64,000 nucleotides of DNA, from the NCBI GenBank assembly GCA_048939995.1, contig JBHLOY010000003.1, positions 192,001 through 256,000 of the forward strand, read 5' to 3'. The stretch is from Promethearchaeota archaeon (GTDB taxonomy: Archaea > Asgardarchaeota > Lokiarchaeia > Sigyniarchaeales > SOKP01). Made by a program: the position numbers and the translations under genes. Positions 10,852 through 19,633 of the stretch are shown piece after piece. How positions within the stretch are numbered: position 1 is the first letter of the stretch; every line of letters begins with the position of its first letter. The notes beneath the pieces were generated by a model. It worked only from the letters and a program-made list of their open reading frames with translations. It had not been told where the DNA came from and did not search any database.

Positions 10852-11205
10852 TTACTTTTGAAGATAAGGTATAAGGCATAAAAATACAAGGCTATCAGTC
10901 CCAGTGTTATTAATTCCATGTTCTTCATTGGGAGGAATATAAATTGCATCACCCGGTTGTACTCTTATTTCTTCTGAATCATTAAAAAATACTCCAGATC
11001 CATACAATATATAAATTTCATGATCCTGAGAGTGATTATGTAATGGAACTTTCCCATTTGGCCTAATTTCGAATCTCCTCATAGCAAAATTATGTGCACC
11101 ATCATTTTCATCAATTAACCAACGGACGTATACATCTTCAACAGGAGTTCCATCACTCAAAGTTGCTGGTTTATTTTCTATATCTTTAAAATACTTTTTT
11201 AACAT
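10852..11205 (-). CDS. Cupin domain protein
   Basis: FAMRRFEI..PLHNHSQDHEIYIL..GDAIYIPPNEEHG cupin motifs. Confidence 0.88.
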   Translation of the reverse strand: MLKKYFKDIENKPATLSDGTPVEDVYVRWLIDENDGAHNFAMRRFEIRPNGKVPLHNHSQDHEIYILYGSGVFFNDSEEIRVQPGDAIYIPPNEEHGINNTGTDSLVFLCLIPYLQK

Positions 11206-11270
11206 AAAGTAAATAATTTATAATCAATTAAAATAATATCTTATAATATAAATAAATAAGGGAAGTAAAA

Positions 11271-12194
11271 TTGAGCACAGAATATAATTTAGGGTTTGAT
11301 TACTCTCATAAAAATAAATTTATTATTGAAGATCCTGCTTTTAACGACTTTATTGAGTTTCTATTTAATTCTGATTTGAAATTGGGAAAAATTGAGGAAG
11401 GTATTACGTATGAAAAGTTATCTCGCTATAATGTATTCATTATTGGAGTCCCTATGGCCGAGGCTTTTTTAGAACTCAATGAAATCAACGATCTAATTCA
11501 ATATGTTAAAGATGGAGGATCATTATTAATTCTGAATGATAAAGGAGGAGATAAAGCAAATAAAAATAATTTATCTGAACTCTCTTCCAATTTTGGAATT
11601 AAATTCAATTCAGATCAACTATTTGATAATGAAAATTTCTCAACAGATAATTTTCGACCAGTTATTAAAAATTTTAAAAAACATTTTCTCACCAGAGAAA
11701 TTAATCAAATAGTTCACTCTGGAGGGTGTACCCTAGAAATCATTGAAAATCTTGAGGATAAAGACTTAGATGTAACAGCAGTAGCATTTTCATCTGAGGA
11801 TTCTGCTTGGCACAAATATCTTAGTGAAGGACAATGGTTTGATGAGCCAGTAAAAAAATTTGTGATAATTGCAGCTGCGCGTTATAGCCTTGGTAAAGTA
11901 GTTGCGATTGGCAATTTATCTCTCTTTTCAAGCTTCCATGAAGTTTACGGCATCCATGCGGCGGATAACTTTAAATTAATTGCAAACCTTGTCTCATGGC
12001 TTATGAATAAAGCCCATTCAAAAGAGGCTCAATTGGCTCAACCATTTTATACAACGATACCCATCGACCAAGACTTATACTACTGGATAAAGGAAAAGCT
12101 TGATGAGGCTAGATGGAAAAATATACAGGAAGTTATCAATTTTGCCCTGAAAGTAGTAAAATTTAGAATGAAACAGCAAATTCAAGAAGAATAG
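11271..12194 (+). CDS. GATase-like/GIFT (IFT52/GldG-like) domain protein with probable C-terminal ribbon-helix-helix
   Basis: FDYSHKN, EINDLIQYVKDGGSLLIL, FGIKFNSD, GKVVAIGNLSLF, DNFKLIANLVSWL; tail TIPIDQDLYYWIKEKL..IQEVINFALK. Confidence 0.6.
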   Translation: MSTEYNLGFDYSHKNKFIIEDPAFNDFIEFLFNSDLKLGKIEEGITYEKLSRYNVFIIGVPMAEAFLELNEINDLIQYVKDGGSLLILNDKGGDKANKNNLSELSSNFGIKFNSDQLFDNENFSTDNFRPVIKNFKKHFLTREINQIVHSGGCTLEIIENLEDKDLDVTAVAFSSEDSAWHKYLSEGQWFDEPVKKFVIIAAARYSLGKVVAIGNLSLFSSFHEVYGIHAADNFKLIANLVSWLMNKAHSKEAQLAQPFYTTIPIDQDLYYWIKEKLDEARWKNIQEVINFALKVVKFRMKQQIQEE

Positions 12195-12197
12195 AGA

Positions 12198-12749
12198 GTG
12201 GAAATATTGATTAAATCAAATAAAGACGAGTTATTAATTGGCGTACTTTCAGATACTCATGTGCCCCATAGAGCTTCTGTAATACCTCAGAAAATTATAG
12301 AAGATTTTAAAGGAAGAGATGTTGACTATGTGTTTCATTTAGGAGACTTTACGTCTTTTAAGGTTTATCAACAACTTATTACAAATTTCGGCAGAGAAAA
12401 AGTGATCGCAATACGTGGAAATATGGATTTTGATAAAAATTTAGCAAAAGAATTACCAGAAAGAATAGAAATGGTAATACTTGGTCATAGAGTCTTAATG
12501 GTCCACGGTATGGGAGGTCCAAATATGATCATTAAGCATCTAATAAAAAAGTTGAACCTCCTTAACTCTAATTATGATATTGTAATCTTTGGACATACTC
12601 ATAGACCAGTTAATAAAAAAGAAAGTGGTATCTTATTCTTTAACCCTGGAACTACCACTCCTATAGATAATATGCTAACTATGGTGAGTTCTTATGGATA
12701 TCTCAAGATTTCTATTAATAAAGTTGAACGCGAAATTATATATCTTTAA
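12198..12749 (+). CDS. YfcE/MJ0936/Vps29-family metallophosphoesterase
   Basis: SDTH, HLGD, RGNMD, VHG, FGHTH, NPG motifs. Confidence 0.88.
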   Translation: MEILIKSNKDELLIGVLSDTHVPHRASVIPQKIIEDFKGRDVDYVFHLGDFTSFKVYQQLITNFGREKVIAIRGNMDFDKNLAKELPERIEMVILGHRVLMVHGMGGPNMIIKHLIKKLNLLNSNYDIVIFGHTHRPVNKKESGILFFNPGTTTPIDNMLTMVSSYGYLKISINKVEREIIYL

Positions 12750-12833
12750 GTTGTTTAATTCGTAATGAAATGGCTAATAGCCACTTGATTCAATCCGAAA
12801 AATTAGCTGAAAATAGATAAAAAAAGCAAATAA

Positions 12834-13448
12834 CTAAAAGCCAGCAATTGATTTTCCTGAAAGCTTTTTATAATGATTCAATACTGCTTGTCGAGCAGCA
12901 TATACAAATGCTCTCTTCACATTAACTCCTTGAATCGCAATTGTCTCATATACTAGACAATGATTTAATCTAGCAGTATCTAACACTTGCCTGATCTTTG
13001 AGATTTCCACAATTTCCTCCAAATCTCTTTTGTTAGCGAGCAAAACAATTGGCACTTCAGGAGGATCAAATTCTTTCACTGGAATAAGTTTATCACCATA
13101 AAATTTTAATAGCTCCTTAAGCGACCAAATATTTTCTTGCCATTGATCAATTAGAGAGTCCCACGTGAAAATTACAGCATCAGTCCCTTTTAACACGGTC
13201 TGTCTTTGAAATTTATGGCGTCTTTGTCCTGCCACGGTGTAAACCTGAAACACTACATTAGATACCCGAGCAACAACACGATCAAAAAAGAGAGTCCGAC
13301 CAGTAGGATCTTGTATTTGTTGCATGTCACCACTTGCTAAACCCTCTTTATGGTATACCCATTCGAGTGCGGTAGTTTTACCACCAAGGCTTGGTCCATA
13401 AAAACAAATTTTAAAGACTAATGTTCCATCTCCTCTACGTGAAGGCAC
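12834..13448 (-). CDS. MglA-like small GTPase (Ras superfamily)
   Basis: G1 YGPSLGGKTT, G2 GRTLFFD, G3 YTVAGQ (MglA-type TxxGQ), G4 NKRD; GTG start with GGAGTGA upstream. Confidence 0.9.
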   Translation of the reverse strand: MPSRRGDGTLVFKICFYGPSLGGKTTALEWVYHKEGLASGDMQQIQDPTGRTLFFDRVVARVSNVVFQVYTVAGQRRHKFQRQTVLKGTDAVIFTWDSLIDQWQENIWSLKELLKFYGDKLIPVKEFDPPEVPIVLLANKRDLEEIVEISKIRQVLDTARLNHCLVYETIAIQGVNVKRAFVYAARQAVLNHYKKLSGKSIAGF

Positions 13449-13642
13449 TTTTTATTCACTCCATAGTATTCTTATGATGTTATTAAAAATTCTCGTTTTT
13501 TAGTTTTACCTATTAGAAATAATATAAAACTTATTTTATATAAAAATTTCTTTTCCAAAAAAGATTATTATAATCTTAAATTCTCAAGCCTTTTTAAAAA
13601 AGAAGTTTAATACTAGATTATTAACCGGAGATTTTTAATTCT

Positions 13643-14710
13643 ATGACAACGGACTCTTATGAAAAATTAAGAGAATTCCTTGATCAATTTCCAATAGGAT
13701 TTCGTAAAACAAGATCAGGGGTTGAACTTAAAATCTTAAAGCGCCTATTTACCGAAGAAGAGGCTGAACTAGCTACATTTTTAACCATACGACCAGAACA
13801 AGCTCGAACTATAGCAAGAAGAACTGGGAAGGATTTATATCAAATAAAAAAGAAACTTGAATCAATGGCAAAAAGAGGACTTATTTTTCGAACACGTAGA
13901 GAAAATAAGACACTTTACAACGCTATCCCGTTTATGATTGGTTTGTATGAATATTCTATTAAAAAAATTGATAAAGAATTAGCTAAACTCTTTAATGAAT
14001 ATTACAATACAGCTGGCCTTGAAGAGATGGGAGCAAGCGACGTTCCAGGTTTTAAGGTCATTCCGTTGCAAGAAACCATACAACCTGATACTACCCTTTT
14101 TCCCTATCAGAAACTCCAAGAATCAATAAGGAATTCAAGAGTAATTTCTGTAACTGATTGTATCTGCAGAAAAGAGGCCCAACTGCTAGGAGAAGGATGT
14201 AATTATCCTATAGAGACTTGTTTAAGTTTTGGAGTTGCTGCGGAATACTATATCGAAAATGGTATTGGGCGCAGGATAACATTTGAAGAGGCGATTCAAA
14301 TACTTAAAAAAGCTGATGAAGCTGGTTTAGTTCATGCGGGAGCTAACTCAAAACACCTTTCAAACATATGTAATTGTTGCCCTTGTTGTTGCGGCTCAAT
14401 GAAAGGTATGACTCAATTTGGTCAAGATAAACATAAATTTATGAATGCAATATTTGAATCAACAATTGAGAAAGAATTATGCGTCGCTTGTGGAAGTTGC
14501 ATAGAAAGATGTCCCGTAAAAGCTATATCTCTAGAGGATATTGCTATTGTCGATCGAGATTTATGTTTAGGATGTGGTTTATGCGCAAGTGTTTGCCCAG
14601 AACAAGCAATCATTTTGAAGCTTAGGGATGATCGTGAAGAACCTTTTGACCGAGTGTTAGAAATGGGGATGGCTATGATTGAAGGAAAACGAAAAAATAC
14701 GATAAAATAA
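13643..14710 (+). CDS. 4Fe-4S ferredoxin-domain protein with N-terminal winged-helix
   Basis: CICR..C..ETC, ICNCCPCCC, two CxxCxxCxxxCP clusters at C-terminus. Confidence 0.85.
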   Translation: MTTDSYEKLREFLDQFPIGFRKTRSGVELKILKRLFTEEEAELATFLTIRPEQARTIARRTGKDLYQIKKKLESMAKRGLIFRTRRENKTLYNAIPFMIGLYEYSIKKIDKELAKLFNEYYNTAGLEEMGASDVPGFKVIPLQETIQPDTTLFPYQKLQESIRNSRVISVTDCICRKEAQLLGEGCNYPIETCLSFGVAAEYYIENGIGRRITFEEAIQILKKADEAGLVHAGANSKHLSNICNCCPCCCGSMKGMTQFGQDKHKFMNAIFESTIEKELCVACGSCIERCPVKAISLEDIAIVDRDLCLGCGLCASVCPEQAIILKLRDDREEPFDRVLEMGMAMIEGKRKNTIK

Positions 14711-14786
14711 GGTTTTGTAAAAAAGATGTAAATTTAAATGTTTTTTCATATTACAAATATAATCTCATATTAAAGGTGGAATCTCA

Positions 14787-15092
14787 ATGTCAAAAGCAGC
14801 AGGAATCGCTTTAAGCATTATTGGAGGGATTATATCAATAGTTCTTTTTGGTTTTTTATTATTAGTTATATATCCTGAGTTCCTAATTTTTGGGAGCCTA
14901 TTTATCCTAATTTTCCAAACTGTTGTGATTATAGGTGGAATCATTTCAATTTTAGGAGGTATCATTTCCATATTTGCTAAAACGCAGAAAAGCATAAGTT
15001 TCGCCTGGATTACAATACTTATTGGAGCAATTTTAGGAGGAGGAAATATTCTTTCAATTATAGGTGCTGTACAAATAAAAAGAGCTATATAA
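14787..15092 (+). CDS. Small membrane protein
   Basis: About three Gly-rich hydrophobic helices; AAGGTGG upstream of ATG. Confidence 0.65.
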   Translation: MSKAAGIALSIIGGIISIVLFGFLLLVIYPEFLIFGSLFILIFQTVVIIGGIISILGGIISIFAKTQKSISFAWITILIGAILGGGNILSIIGAVQIKRAI

Positions 15093-15129
15093 AAAAATAT
15101 CTTATGCTTCTTTTTTTAGTATAATGTTA

Positions 15130-15576
15130 CTACTGAAAAAATGTCCAAAAAGGCCAGATGAATGCCAACCCGAAGAAAATAGCAGTTAACAACAAGATTA
15201 TCTGGCCTGCTGATAACATTTTCGATGCTTTTTTATTTTTTAAATCCAAATCAGCCATGAATTGGAAAATATCCGATGAAGTTTTATGTTTAATCATAAT
15301 TCGATAAGTATGTTCCTCAACTTTATAAAAACTCCTTGAAGCGAAAATAAATAGAAAAAATGCACTGATTAACAGAAGTACAACACCATTTGATTGAAAA
15401 ATATCTAGATTCTGTGAGATTGAAATAATAAATATCAAAGAACTAAGAGAAAAGCCAGCATATAGCCCACATAATGTTTTACGAGAGGAAGACGTTCCTG
15501 TAATATATTTTACCAATGAATCAAGTTCTTTCCTTCCATCAACTTTTTGTGTGCTATTAATATCTTCTTGAACTAT
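15130..15576 (-). pseudogene. Membrane protein with an apparent 5' single-base frameshift (main ORF 15130..15516)
   Basis: Three TM segments; GGTGA + ATA at 15576 reads MVQEDINSTQKVD and joins the main frame (WKEELDSLVKY) if one T is restored near 15537. Confidence 0.4.
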
Positions 15577-15658
15577 CTTTAATCACCAAAGCTGCCAAAT
15601 TCAAATTATAGCGATAAAATTTCATTAAATTTCTGCTTACAGTATAAGCCTTAATAAT

Positions 15659-15889
15659 TCAATATTCGATACTATTTACTAATATTTCTAACATTTTTTC
15701 AAATTCTAAAAGCAAAGAATTACCATTCCTGCCTTTCAATTCGAAACCCTTGATTAATACTGAATTAAATAAGGATTCTTCCTTAAAGAGAAATTCCTCT
15801 AGAGACAACTTAAAATCATCGAGACTTTTATTATTAATCTCACCAAACTCAGCTATTTCGAACTCATCCACCAAATTTTGATTAATCAT
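15659..15889 (-). CDS. Hypothetical acidic protein
   Basis: 76-aa ORF, AGGT upstream, no recognisable motif. Confidence 0.35.
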   Translation of the reverse strand: MINQNLVDEFEIAEFGEINNKSLDDFKLSLEEFLFKEESLFNSVLIKGFELKGRNGNSLLLEFEKMLEILVNSIEY

Positions 15890-16299
15890 ATTAATTAGTT
15901 TACCTAATCTCCCTAAGTTTTAATATCTTCATAAAGCTTTTTCTTTTCATAAAAAAAGTTTTAAAGAATTCTTAAATATTACAAATGTTTAATTTCTTTA
16001 TAAAATTTATTAATAGTGAGAAAATTGAACGATCTAATGTCAATTAGTTTCATCTTCCCATCATTTTTCAATTTTAGATGCGATCTTAAACATAGACAAC
16101 TTTCCTAATTATGTAATCTTCTTGTAAAATTTAAAATCATAATTTTCCCATCTTTGCATGAAATACCAATTTATTAAAATATATTTTACAAATTCTAAGT
16201 TATAAAAAATTTTAAAGCAAAAGAGAATTGAAGAAAATTCTTTTGTTTTCTACTAATTTTTTTTAAATATTAATTAAAATTAATTCTAATTGAGAATTT

Positions 16300-16611
16300 A
16301 TGAGTGATTCGAATATCGATTGCAATGATGAAGCTTGGGAGTATTATGATAAACTTACAGATGCATTAAACGGATTATTTGAAATTTTGAATTTAGCATT
16401 AGATCCAAATAGTATTTATTACAAGTGTGGGGTAGATAATTTAAATGCGGTAAAGAGTAGTTTGATTGATGTCCTTATGAAAGATTATGATACTTTAGAA
16501 CTTCAAGACACCTTACGTAGAATTGAATTTGACATAAAAAAGTCTCTATTTTTTGAAAATCCTAAGAAAAGTAATCAACAGAAGAAATCAGATAAAGAAG
16601 AAAATTTTTAA
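16300..16611 (+). CDS. Hypothetical helical protein
   Basis: 103-aa ORF with natural composition after a long AT-rich intergenic region. Confidence 0.6.
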   Translation: MSDSNIDCNDEAWEYYDKLTDALNGLFEILNLALDPNSIYYKCGVDNLNAVKSSLIDVLMKDYDTLELQDTLRRIEFDIKKSLFFENPKKSNQQKKSDKEENF

Positions 16612-16680
16612 ATAAGCAAGGAACATTAAATTTAGTTTTCTAAGAAAATTTTTATTTAAGATGTAAATTTCATAACGATT

Positions 16681-17361
16681 ATGTCAAAAAAAGTATCTAA
16701 ACCATTCCTTTTAGCTCTTGTAGTATTGGTTACAGCACTTCTTGGTTTAGGTTTATTTCTTTCCGCTGGAACTTTTCTTTGGCTTGAAGCATGGATTTAT
16801 TTATGCATCTTTTTTACTTTTTTTACAGTTTATATTTTTTATTTTAATAAAAATGATCCCGAAATGCTTCAGAAAAGAGCAAAACCAAAGTTCGAAAAAA
16901 CATGGGATAAAATAGTTGTGCTTCTTATGTTTTTTGGATTTTTTCCAACCTTTATATTACCCGGTTTTGAAAGAAGGTTTATCTGGTCAAATGTTACATT
17001 AATCGTTGAAATTATTGGATTTATTGGAATGTCATTAGGATTGATAATTATATTCCTCGTCATGAAAGAAAACACCTTTTTATCGAAAACTGTAGAGATT
17101 CAAAAAGATCGTGGTCATAAAGTAATTACTACTGGACCTTATAGAATTGTGCGCCATCCTATGTATCTAGGGTTTATTTTATTTATTTTGTTTTATTGTT
17201 TAGCGGTTGGTTCTCTTTATTCGCTTATTCCAGCTGGTCTTGGCACTATCGGTATATTGATACGTACAATTTTAGAAGATCGCCTATTGCATAAAGAACT
17301 TGAAGGATACAATGAATATGCCCAGAAGGTCAAGAAAAAATTAATTCCATTAATATGGTAA
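16681..17361 (+). CDS. Isoprenylcysteine carboxyl methyltransferase (ICMT/PEMT) family membrane protein
   Basis: ENTFLS..VEIQKDRGHKVITTGPYRIVRHPMYLG, EDRLLHKELEGYNEY. Confidence 0.88.
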   Translation: MSKKVSKPFLLALVVLVTALLGLGLFLSAGTFLWLEAWIYLCIFFTFFTVYIFYFNKNDPEMLQKRAKPKFEKTWDKIVVLLMFFGFFPTFILPGFERRFIWSNVTLIVEIIGFIGMSLGLIIIFLVMKENTFLSKTVEIQKDRGHKVITTGPYRIVRHPMYLGFILFILFYCLAVGSLYSLIPAGLGTIGILIRTILEDRLLHKELEGYNEYAQKVKKKLIPLIW

Positions 17362-17469
17362 GGAATCAATTTTGAACTAGAAATGACCATTATCTAAATA
17401 ATATTAAATTTTTTATAATGGTGCTAAATGTCTTAAATAATTGGATGAAAATAATTAATTAACAAATAA

Positions 17470-18324
17470 ATGCAATTTTTATTAGCACTGTCCTATTTTG
17501 ATCGAAAAATGGGACCTTGTGTATTTTATTCATATCCAGAGCATAAATTGAAAGAAGAAAATGCTTCAATCATTGCTAATTTAATGGACCAAATGATCTC
17601 AGAAGGATTCTTTACTCATTCATTTAATTCATTCTATACAATAAATTACTATTTTGAAATTGATTCAGAATGGGCTAGGGGAAAAAAAGAGTTCTTAATG
17701 ATATCAATAATATTTAAGCAACCAGTTTCTATTGAGACTGAGAAGGCATTATTTACTCTTTGTATTGAATTTATAGAATGGTTAAAAGCAAAAAAAGATA
17801 TTTTTAGTGCCTTTTATTTTAACACTGAGATAGATAATCAAAAGTATCATAATGATATCGAATATAATTTTAAGTTAATCATTGATTGGGTTCAAGAATT
17901 TAGTTTTGCAATAGAAGATGAGATTCAGAATAACCTAAAAGAGTTTAATATCTCTTCATTATTGGAGAAGCAAGAAGTTTTAGAAACTCTTAAGCTTTTA
18001 TCTGAGAAACCTTTACCAATAAGAGAATTGAAGACGTGGTATAATAAGGATTTTCCTCATAATAATTTTAACCAGCTTATTACTACATTGTTTAAGTGTT
18101 ACATTGTTTATATTCCAAAGATAGGAGGAAGGAAAGAAGCCCCTTTTAACGTTCATTTGACAAAAGAATTTAAAACTATAATTAAGCTAGTTGTTCTAAA
18201 AAACAAGCTTATTAAGGAATTTATAAAAAGCCATTTGTCAAAAGCTATACAAGATTTAGAAAAAAATTCCAAAGAATTTCATAAGTTTTTAGAAAGAGTA
18301 TTTTCTGAAAAACAGGTAATATAG
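17470..18324 (+). CDS. Longin/uDENN (folliculin-like) domain protein with C-terminal winged-helix-like region
   Basis: LSYFDRKMGPCVFYSYP first-strand motif; YFEIDSEWARG motif. Confidence 0.7.
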   Translation: MQFLLALSYFDRKMGPCVFYSYPEHKLKEENASIIANLMDQMISEGFFTHSFNSFYTINYYFEIDSEWARGKKEFLMISIIFKQPVSIETEKALFTLCIEFIEWLKAKKDIFSAFYFNTEIDNQKYHNDIEYNFKLIIDWVQEFSFAIEDEIQNNLKEFNISSLLEKQEVLETLKLLSEKPLPIRELKTWYNKDFPHNNFNQLITTLFKCYIVYIPKIGGRKEAPFNVHLTKEFKTIIKLVVLKNKLIKEFIKSHLSKAIQDLEKNSKEFHKFLERVFSEKQVI

Positions 18325-18325
18325 C

Positions 18326-19474
18326 TTAATAAAATGGATTATGAAACCTCTTCGTATCTCGTTTTTCTATGGTTTTTTGCCTGATTTCTTTATTGATTAA
18401 ACCTTCAATATGACACAAATATTCATATTCATCTGCTAAACATAACGTAATAGCAGTACCACGCTTATTCATGCGTGAAGTTCTTCCAATTCGATGTATA
18501 TATACATCAGGGTACTTAGGAACGTCATAATTGATTATGTGAGTAATATTTTCAATATCTAATCCTCTAGCAGCCACATCTGTTGCTATTAACATATTAA
18601 TTTTATGTTCTCTAAATGATTTTAAAATTTTTTCACGTTTATGTTGTGTTAATCTTCCAGAAATCATATCAACGCGATATTTAAAATTATTTTTTGACTT
18701 TAACTTGCTGGCTAACCATGAAGCTGTTTTCTTAGTATTAACAAATACTAAGGTATGGTGAGGATTTTCAATTTTTAATATCTGTAAAAATGTACTAAAT
18801 TTTTCTTCAAAACGATCTATTAAATAGTAATATTGCTTAGTATTACCAACCGTTAGGTCATCTTTACTAAGATTTATGAATTTAAAATCATTTTTTGAAT
18901 GCTTTTTTACCAATTTTCTAATCTGTGAATAAAGTGTTGCTGAAAAAAGCATAAATTGATATTCAGTTCTTATTTTGCTCAAAATATAGTTGACATCGGG
19001 GGCGAATCCCATATCAAATAGGCGATCAGCCTCATCAATTACAACAAATTTTATGTTGTTAAAATTTAATTTCTTTCTTTTGTAAATATCAATAAGTCTT
19101 CCTGGTGTTCCACATATAAAATTAACTCCCTTTTCTAGATCCTCAATTTGGCGATCTATTGATACTCCCCCATAAATTGTTGTAGATTTAATGGTATGAT
19201 TTCCTAATTCTTTTAAGACTTGATCTACTTGTTTTGCAAGTTCTCTTGTCGGTTCTAAAATCAAAACTTCATTCGATTTGCCACTTAATTTTTCAATAAT
19301 TGGTAGTAAGAAAGCTAATGTTTTTCCACTTCCAGTTTTAGCTTGAACCATTGTATGGTATCCGCTTAATATTGCAGGAATAGCAGTTTTTTGTACTGGA
19401 GTTGGTCGAATTATTTCTAACCTTTGTAAAGCATTAATTAAAAACTCACTAATGCCCAATTCTTTAAAACTCAA
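18326..19474 (-). CDS. DEAD-box RNA helicase
   Basis: Q motif PTPVQ, AKTGSGKT, PTRELA, TPGRL, DEAD, SAT, ARGLD, HRIGRTSR. Confidence 0.95.
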   Translation of the reverse strand: MSFKELGISEFLINALQRLEIIRPTPVQKTAIPAILSGYHTMVQAKTGSGKTLAFLLPIIEKLSGKSNEVLILEPTRELAKQVDQVLKELGNHTIKSTTIYGGVSIDRQIEDLEKGVNFICGTPGRLIDIYKRKKLNFNNIKFVVIDEADRLFDMGFAPDVNYILSKIRTEYQFMLFSATLYSQIRKLVKKHSKNDFKFINLSKDDLTVGNTKQYYYLIDRFEEKFSTFLQILKIENPHHTLVFVNTKKTASWLASKLKSKNNFKYRVDMISGRLTQHKREKILKSFREHKINMLIATDVAARGLDIENITHIINYDVPKYPDVYIHRIGRTSRMNKRGTAITLCLADEYEYLCHIEGLINKEIRQKTIEKRDTKRFHNPFY

Positions 19475-19633
19475 TTTTAATATAACCTTAAAAATCTTCT
19501 TATTTCTCTCTCGTCAAATAATAAAAAGGTTGATAAAAGAAAAACCTTTGTAATTTACACTATTAAATTTATTTAAAATTAGAAATTTATAGAAAACACA
19601 TTTCTCTAATTATCTTATTTTTTATTAATAAAT

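Noticed and set aside
15516-15545. In-frame TGA upstream of ORF 15130..15516 (and upstream of the U32 gene) as selenocysteine
   Set aside because: No redox motif context; another stop lies just upstream in the first case, and the TGA is part of the SD-like GGTGA in the second
15890-16299. Long AT-rich intergenic regions (also 1960-2309, 50324-50650) as ncRNA or replication origin
   Set aside because: No GC-rich stems, ORB-like repeats or adjacent cdc6/orc1; consistent with divergent promoters
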